This document shows, one piece after another, positions 1 through 6,194 of a stretch of DNA of 6,194 nt. The position numbers and the translations under genes are program-made. Each line of letters begins with the position of its first letter. Within the stretch, counting starts at the first letter, position 1. The stretch is from Trichoplax adhaerens. Taxonomy: Eukaryota; Animalia; Placozoa. Location of the stretch: the NCBI RefSeq assembly GCF_000150275.1, contig NW_002061138.1:1-6194 (forward strand), written 5' to 3'. The notes under the pieces were generated by a model. The model did not search any database. It had not been told where the DNA came from and saw only the letters and a list, made by a program, of their open reading frames with translations.

Positions 1-1287
1 TCATGGTCCAAAGCACATTATGATATCTAATGTACGGTGATGGACATACTAAGTTCAGATTAGCAGGTACTGTAAGATATCGACCGTGCGGTGCAATGTC
101 CTTAGTACTGTGGTCAATTCTATACCAATCATGATAATGTGTCTAAGGATAGCTTGAGTATGCAAGCAAAGCTTGCTCTGTCGATAGCAACCGTTATAAG
201 AAAATGTAAAAATCAAAATGGCTCTGTAGAAAACTATAAAGATTCTATGTTTATTCAATTTTCTTCAGAATATTACATCAAATCGAAATTGAAAGGCCCA
301 GTGGCCACCCTTAGCGATATAACGAATACTATTTTAATAATCAGTACTCTACCGAAATGACTACCTTAGAGCTATTCGTTTTCCATGAAGAAATCTTAAG
401 TTAAAAAACTGTAAGAATCTTATACTGACCTATTGAAATCAACCCATAATCACAGTCATCTAACAGTAGTATAAATACCTCCACGCTGCTCGTTTCAAGG
501 ATGGGTGAGAGGGATTATCACTGTGTTGCTTCGTCCCACATTCTTAACCGAACTAATTAACCAGGAGCTAAGCAGATATACTAGAGCGGAATTACGACAC
601 ATGATATTAGTTTCAATTCTTAAATCAACTGTTTACGTACCGTTACAATTGTTTCTAAAGCGTTATAAAGATTTACGAGCTTAGATAGTAATAATAATGT
701 TTATTATAATATCTTAAAATCTGAGAGAAATTTTCAGCTTCACAAAATCTTATACTATTGTAGTAGTTAATTCTTAAGTTATATATTTATTTGAATTGTG
801 ATTACATTTTAAGTAATTAATTAAAGGATAATAGGAATGAGCGGCTTCTTGCTTGAATTATTTCTAATGAAATGCCACATTAGGATGGGATGCGCTTATT
901 ATGATCTATATTTGTTTCTTATTTTATCTATATCACACGTTATATAATTGCAAATTACAAACCCAATCGTATAGAGCAATTAATTAGTTACATTTCTATT
1001 TAAAGGATGATTTTTCTTGTAGATTAATCTTTTTCAAAAGACATGTTATAAAGGAGCTCTATGTTTAAGCTAATGCCTACAATAGAGAATTAATGATGAG
1101 AACTAGATTTTACGACCGATAAGCTAAATATAGAAGCCTTACTGAACAGTCATTCTGGGTAATTTTTACATTCCTAGGAGATGTTGTTGTGATTCAGTTT
1201 GATCTTTACGAATTTACGGAAGCGTGCGGAATTTCTGCTGAGGCAACAACAACAAATAAATTTCCTTTCTTTTCTATCGGTGGTTGA
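1..1287 (+). pseudogene. Decayed tetratricopeptide-repeat (TPR) gene, kinesin light chain/nephrocystin-3-like 42-aa repeat type; probably continues beyond the left window edge
   Basis: Several fragments fit the register of the consensus LGxxHPxVAxSYxNIGxVYxxQGKYxEALxxYxKSLxI: HGPKHIMIS/TVMDILSSD*QVL*DIDRAVQC (2-99); AKLALSIATVIRKCKNQNGSVENYKDSMFIQ (166-258); RNDYLRAIRF/HEEILS (353-401); MGERDYHCVASSH/FLTELINQELSRYTRAELRHMILVSILK (501-624); VSKAL*RFTSLDSNNNVY (651-704, 126 nt after VASS at 525); MKCHIRMGCAYYDLYLFLILSISHVI*LQI (867-956); CYKGALCLS*CLQ*R (1044-1088); TFLGDVVVIQFDLYEFTEACGISAEA (1168-1245). Many stops and frameshifts. Alignment is by eye only. Confidence 0.55.
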
Positions 1288-1859
1288 AATCGACCTTTAT
1301 TAACTACAACTAACCAACTTATTAACTCACACTCGAACCCCCTCCCCAAGATAGTAAAAGCGCCTCATTTATATACTCTAACATTGGCATGAATATGCAT
1401 AACTTCTCTAACATTGCGATAACATTCTTGAGATATCATTTTTCAGTATAGCATAATTGACTAATAAATATACTTGTACCATACAACATTAATTTATCAT
1501 TTACCAGTACAGCAATACAAGATAACGGTAACAACTATGTATAGTTAAGGATATTAATCCTTAAGAACAATATTATCTAGCGATGCCAGTCTAGCTGTCG
1601 CGACAGATGTAATAGTATTTAATTTTATACTTTAATATTGTATCTTTTTAATGGTCATAGAAACTCAGTAACTGAGTGTACTGATGGAACTCATATTGAA
1701 ATTTCATATACCGATGGTTGATTCATGATCATTTTGATAGCAGTTTTGCTACTATAAGAATTTGAGTTCTATTCCATTTTGTATACTAGGTGCAATAAAT
1801 ATACAGCATATCTCTCATCAGAATAATTTAGTAATAACCATAAATAAGCATTTTAAAAT

Positions 1860-2800
1860 TTACTAAAACGACAGGAGTGAAACATTGAAAAAAAAATATC
1901 ACAGCTAAAGTGAATAAAAAGACAAAACTTTGTTTAAGTCAGTAAACTGTTATAGAGAAATCAAAAAGAATCGTAAATAGAGCCGATTTGCACGCTCTCA
2001 ATCAATCAAACTATCTAAAGTACAATGAAATGAAATATGTAGAAATCAAACGACACAACTTCTAACTAACTTTGATTCTACTCTCTTGGCACTCTAGTCG
2101 ACTTAACGAAACTTTGACACCAAATAATAATTGGGGAAACAACCAATCAATAATTTATTTAAAAAACGTGAGATAGACAGATCAAATAACCTTCCAAGTA
2201 CTTAATTCTAAGTATTATAAGTCAAGAAATAAAAAAAAGACAGAACTGAAACTTTCAACAACCAAACAACCTAACAAAAAGTAAAACGTTTTTACTTACA
2301 ACAATTCGACCCAGAAGGCCTTTAAAATTAAACAAGTCCTTCAAAAGAAATGTTCTTTACTCTCTATTCTAAATTTTCTGATTGCACTATCATTTATAGG
2401 CTTGGCTTACCCTTCAGTGTTATTTAAAACTAAACATTTATTAACCAATCGCTCTTAAGATTCATTTTAGAAAACTAGTTTACACTACTTAAGAAAACAA
2501 AAATCATTCAAAGTTCACACACATGTTACCTTATGATTCCCTTATAAAACACTATAAAACTAACAAACGAACTATAAAATACATCAAGCTTCGCTTCCAA
2601 CATTATTCCTGACCATTAATACATTATAAAAGTCTAAAAATTAACCTTTAAGAATCAAGATTTAGTCATAAAAATAACAGTCTAACTACTTAATAATCAA
2701 CACAACCTCTACCATTTGCCATCTTATTTTCTATTTCTCATCTAAACTTTCCTAATGTAACTTTCATTACAAACGTTACGACTATTTAACAGCGATCAAT
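1860..2800 (+). mobile_element. A/C-rich, G-poor tract; possible highly decayed retroelement (Penelope-like) remnant
   Basis: Hand count for 2461-2760 gives 63 C versus 17 G. Faint motif-like peptides occur in the order expected for the Penelope RT thumb, linker and GIY-YIG region. No catalytic motif is intact and the boundaries are approximate. Confidence 0.2.
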
Positions 2801-3329
2801 CATAACTCCGGTAAAATAGTCGAATTTACAATATCCATATTTTCTAGATAATATCTACTTTAATTAGCGAACTAAATTATTTACAGTTACAAACATCTAT
2901 AGTATGTCATATTACTAATTACTCTTTCCATGGATTTTTACCAAATATAGCTATTGATATAATTAAATGTGTAGAGCATCACTACGATTCTATAGAAGCT
3001 AACATTGTTACTTCTAACATGGTAATTAACATAGAATCATAAAGCAGATATCCTTTGTAGATAAAGACATTTTCTTGTTATTTTTTGGAGATGCATTATT
3101 CGTGACGCTAAGCCATCAGCAGCTTGCACAATATAGAGTTTTATGTTAACATCTTAACTGCATAAAATTGATTTTATTGCTGCAAAGCGTAGCCTTTCTA
3201 TTTGTTATTCTTAATAATTTATGCCTTCGCTACTGATGAATTCTATTTCGATAATCTATTGCCTCCTGCTACATAGCCTTCATTAACATAAATGGATTCC
3301 AAGATTTTACTATTATCTGTCAGTTTATA

Positions 3330-3690
3330 CTCCACAATTAATTTATAGATCAAACTTTTCTTCAGTAAAGTTCGTCGACTTCCTTCAACATTTATGATGC
3401 ATGTTGATTTTCATGAACTGATCAGTTAGTGGCCATTGACTAAATAAGCTAGGATTTAAAATATCTAGTATCTGATATTACGCTAGCATCGCAAATGCTG
3501 CAGGATAGAGTGTTTTTAGATCGCTTATTAGAAATATGTAGCGCTTCTTCTTACTGTAACAGATAATTTCAGTTAAAAATGTCTCGCCTACGATAGTCAC
3601 ATTAAATCATACCAAATTTATTAGCAAAGGTAACAGTTTGATTACTGTAGAGCAAATGATCAACTGGTTTAAAGGAAACTTAAGAACTTC
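3330..3690 (-). pseudogene. Possible very old class A GPCR relic (TM1 to TM3 region)
   Basis: One minus frame has only 2 stops in ~100 codons and reads LLPLLINLV*FNVTIVGETFLTEIICYSKKKRYIFLISDL...SQWPLTDQFMKI. This resembles TM1, ICL1, TM2 and the ECL1 WPxGxxxCK motif; a shifted frame then gives SRRTLLKKSLIYKLIV, resembling the end of TM3. Key residues (N1.50, C3.25, an intact DRY) are absent. Confidence 0.25.
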
Positions 3691-4053
3691 TTACTACTTA
3701 TAATATTTCACGGATTATTCAGAATTTGTATCCTGGTAATCTGTAGTTATTGCAGAGCTTGAAAAACTTAGGTTAAATTTAATTTTACAACATAAAAATA
3801 AAAATTATTACAAAGAATATTATTAATTACGATTTCATTCTTTGCAGTAAACATGCCATACGCCTCGTACGCGTAGAACAATTGTTAGTATGTTTTTGTA
3901 GAAATCCTAATCTTGCTAGAATAAGCTAACATCAAAACTATTCAGAACAATAACTAATGAACTAATCTAATATTACTGATACTTTACGCATAGATAGCGT
4001 GAGTATTTATAGATTTCTGATTTAATAGACAGACAGGTTAGACGTGTTATTTA

Positions 4054-5047
4054 CTATAATGAAATATATTTTTTAAGTTCAGATATTACTCCGGCTCTGA
4101 TTTGTTTATCAAATTTTATGTAACTTAGTGGATTGAGAAAGTGTATCGATAACACGAGACCTGCTTATCAAAACATTTATTACAAACAGATAAATATTGT
4201 CAGGTGAAAAGCGAATGATAGAATGCTGATATAGCAGATATAAAGTTAATTACAAAATGGGAAAAGCTTATGAGTATATAACAGAAGGTTATATAAATTA
4301 ACATTCTAATAAATTTTCTTCTCTTTGTAAAGTCTTCATTGAGCTGTTCTAATGTCCAAAAGCCAGGTCGAACATAATCCTTCAGATAAATTAAAATCCT
4401 TGCATAAGACAAGACAATCGCTGTAGTTCGGATTACGTATGAAATAACTGACCAATGAATCAGATATACTGATTCACTAAGCCTATTTCTGGAACATCAC
4501 ATATTGTAGGAAAATCTGGGAAAGAAGACAAATACATTAACATTGGAGATGTTGCAGATATTGATACTAGCCAAATGAGAATTTCAGTTATAATTAGAAA
4601 TTTTCGTTTGTGATTTCGATAAAATGGCGACAACAGTCTTACAACAACAAAATAAAGATCTACAGCGACTAATGCTAAATTCATGATGGAAATTGCATGT
4701 GATGTAAATAATATCGATATACCGACACGACATAGACTAGAATCCCCGGCGAAATCTAATGTACCAAAGGTAAATATATTAAATATGCTCATGGCTGTAC
4801 TTGCTGAGATAGTATCTGATATAAATGACTTTCAAATCAAGCGATAGGTTGTCTTTTGGAATCTTTTGTCGTTAACTAGTAGTTTAAGTATGAATATATT
4901 AAAAATTAATCCAGTTACGCGTGTCGGAATAAAAATTGCTGTAGCATAGTAATAAATCTCTTTAAAAGGCGGTGGAAATACGTTTGTCGAATTGGAGATA
5001 TTTATTTCGTCGGTAATGAAAACAATGGATCGAGAGATAGTTACTAT
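4054..5047 (-). pseudogene. Rhodopsin-like (class A) G-protein-coupled receptor pseudogene, intronless, ~330 codons
   Basis: Manual translation across frames: N-terminal sequons NISNST (5002-4985); TM1 IYYYATAIFIPTRVTGLIFN (N1.50 at 4900); ICL1 DKRFQKTTY; TM2 RLI*KSFISDTIS (D2.50 at 4816, 28 codons after N1.50, the canonical spacing); TM3 LCRVG...ISIMNLALVAVDLYF (DRY as DLY, 4660-4652); TM4 LIWLVS...SP; ECL2 TICDVP; TM5 SVYLIHWSVISYVIRTTAIVLSYARIL; ICL3 KDYVRPG; TM6 KRRKFIRMLIYITFCYILISFSHF; ECL3/TM7 QHSIIRFSPDNIYLFVINVLI/AGLVLSIHFLNPLSY (NPxxY 4134-4120); helix 8 IKFDKQIR; TAG TAA at 4056-4051. Lesions: TGA 4834-4832, frameshifts near 4478, 4229 and 4165, and no in-frame ATG between the upstream TAG (5059-5057) and TM2. 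Confidence 0.9.
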
Positions 5048-5067
5048 ATTTGCTGACTAGATAATAC

Positions 5068-5228
5068 CTGGTTTGAAAATAAATTTTCGAATAAAAATCT
5101 GAATGTAATTACCGAATAGAAGAGAAAAAGTATAACCAGCGTCTGGACTTATCTTAGATAATCACGTATGATATAAAGAGCTAGTACTGTTACTCAATAA
5201 AAGAAAATAAGTGTAATAATTAATTTAC
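5068..5228 (-). other. Candidate 5'-UTR intron of the GPCR gene
   Basis: Minus strand has AG|GTAAAT with GT at 5228-5227 and TTTATTTTCAAACCAG|G with AG at 5069-5068, giving a 161-nt intron ending just before the presumed start. Motif match only. Confidence 0.2.
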
Positions 5229-5256
5229 CTTATAATTCTACTATAAAGTATATCAC

Positions 5257-5282
5257 TTCCTGTACTGTATAATGTACAGGAA
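5257..5282. repeat. Perfect 9-bp inverted repeat with 8-nt spacer, upstream of the GPCR pseudogene
   Basis: TTCCTGTAC (5257-5265) - TGTATAAT - GTACAGGAA (5274-5282). Present in the sequence; function unknown. Confidence 0.5.
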
Positions 5283-6194
5283 TCTTTAAGCTATTCAATA
5301 GGGCTTAAAATGATAAAGGAGATAGAAGTACAGTAAAAATTAATTATTTTTCATCATTATTCAACGCAACTTTTTCCGAAACGGCGATTGTTGACTTTTT
5401 GTTTTATAAAAATAGCCCTTACAATTCACTTTCTTGCATATTATTTCAGAAGCAAACTATGGACAAATATGGCTATTAAATAATTAATCGAATATAATAT
5501 TATGTCTAGCACTAAATCTTACTTCTTCACTTAAAATTAACAACTTTTTAAGAATAAGAAATACTTGATAATACATTTCCTATTTCGAAGGCTAAATTAG
5601 CTAAACTCACTTCGAAAACAATAAAATCCGATTATTATATTTTGTTATACTGTGTAACAACGTGACAATAATGATCATCTAGGGCTGATCATAAAATTTA
5701 GAGTGACTTTTCGTATATAGAAATAGCTTCTTCAAGTTTGCCTGGCTCTCTATACACAGTATCAATGTAATTAAGTGATTACACAATGTAAGAGTAATTG
5801 TGAATTGTGAACAAATATTGATAATTGAATATTGGGCGACTTCTTAATTAAAATAAGCAGACTTTATATATTTGCCTTGACAAACAATAGACTAAGAAAT
5901 TGGAATGGAATTTTACTGAATATTATCTAACATTGGCGACTATCAAATATTGCACCTATATTAAAAATTAATCATTGATACAGGTCATAATTATTTCATA
6001 ACAAAATTAAATCCGCGTAACAAAGAAAATTGTAAAACTACTCTATACAATATATATGAACGAGGCCGGACGGTCATTTTGCAAAATACCTTGTATAATA
6101 CAATTATGGTAGATAGCACTATTTCTTAAACAGAAATACGTGTTTTATGCTTATTTTGATTCCTATCACGACTGCAACTTAAACTAATAATCTC

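Noticed and set aside
55-258. 67-aa minus-strand ORF from the track
   Set aside because: Non-ATG start, no recognisable motif, and antisense to the TPR-like fragments; most likely a shadow ORF.
139-360. 73-aa plus ORF as a standalone gene
   Set aside because: GTG start and upstream in-frame stops at 61, 73 and 103 inside TPR-like sequence; better read as a pseudogene fragment.
1093-1145. Box C (ATGATGA) and box D (CTGA) suggesting a C/D snoRNA
   Set aside because: Only 53 nt, no convincing terminal stem, and no recognisable rRNA guide; such motifs are common in AT-rich DNA.
1182-1254. Hairpin TGTTGTTGTGATTCAG...CTGAGGCAACAACAACA (pre-miRNA-like)
   Set aside because: Pairing comes mostly from complementary GTT and ACA triplet runs (Val and Thr codons) with a poorly paired interior.
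1595-1677. Palindrome CTGTCGCGACAG (1595-1606) and IR ACTCAGT-A-ACTGAGT (1663-1677)
   Set aside because: Isolated and short, with no target-site duplication or associated element.
4021-4026. ATTAAA poly(A) signal on the minus strand just after the GPCR stop
   Set aside because: Plausible position, but the hexamer is too frequent at this AT content to support a call.
4200-4792. Two separate small membrane-protein genes (ORFs 4460-4792 and 4200-4412)
   Set aside because: They are consecutive TM2-ECL2 and TM5-TM6 parts of one GPCR; both end in out-of-frame tails after frameshifts.
4054-5047. Functional gene rescued by stop readthrough, selenocysteine, alternative code, RNA editing or programmed frameshifting
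   Set aside because: Lesions are heterogeneous (nonsense, three indels without slippery sites, lost ATG, missense at conserved positions); TGG is used for Trp; ordinary decay is simpler.
1-6194. CRISPR array, tRNA/rRNA, or prokaryotic operon/defence system
   Set aside because: No regularly spaced repeats, cloverleaf, rRNA-like sequence or dense ORF packing; the content is animal-like.

Overview
AT-rich, eukaryote-like DNA with no intact protein-coding gene that I can support; it reads as a cluster of decayed genes. (1) Minus strand 4054-5047: a full-length, intronless rhodopsin-like (class A) 7TM GPCR pseudogene. All seven helices, the TM3/ECL2 Cys pair and NPxxY are recoverable, but it has a nonsense codon, three frameshifts, no in-frame ATG and eroded signature residues. 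The ORF-track entries 4460-4792 and 4200-4412 are fragments of it. (2) Plus strand 1-~1287: a heavily decayed gene of 42-aa-type tetratricopeptide repeats (kinesin light chain/nephrocystin-3 style), scattered over all three frames. The ORF 139-360 is one piece. (3) Between them: a strongly C>G skewed tract (~1860-2800) with faint Penelope-like retroelement motifs, and a possible second, much older GPCR relic (~3330-3690, minus). The GPCR motifs and the GPCR+TPR combination suggest to me a placozoan (Trichoplax-like) genome, which is inference from memory. I found no rRNA, tRNA or CRISPR array and no convincing novel functional system.
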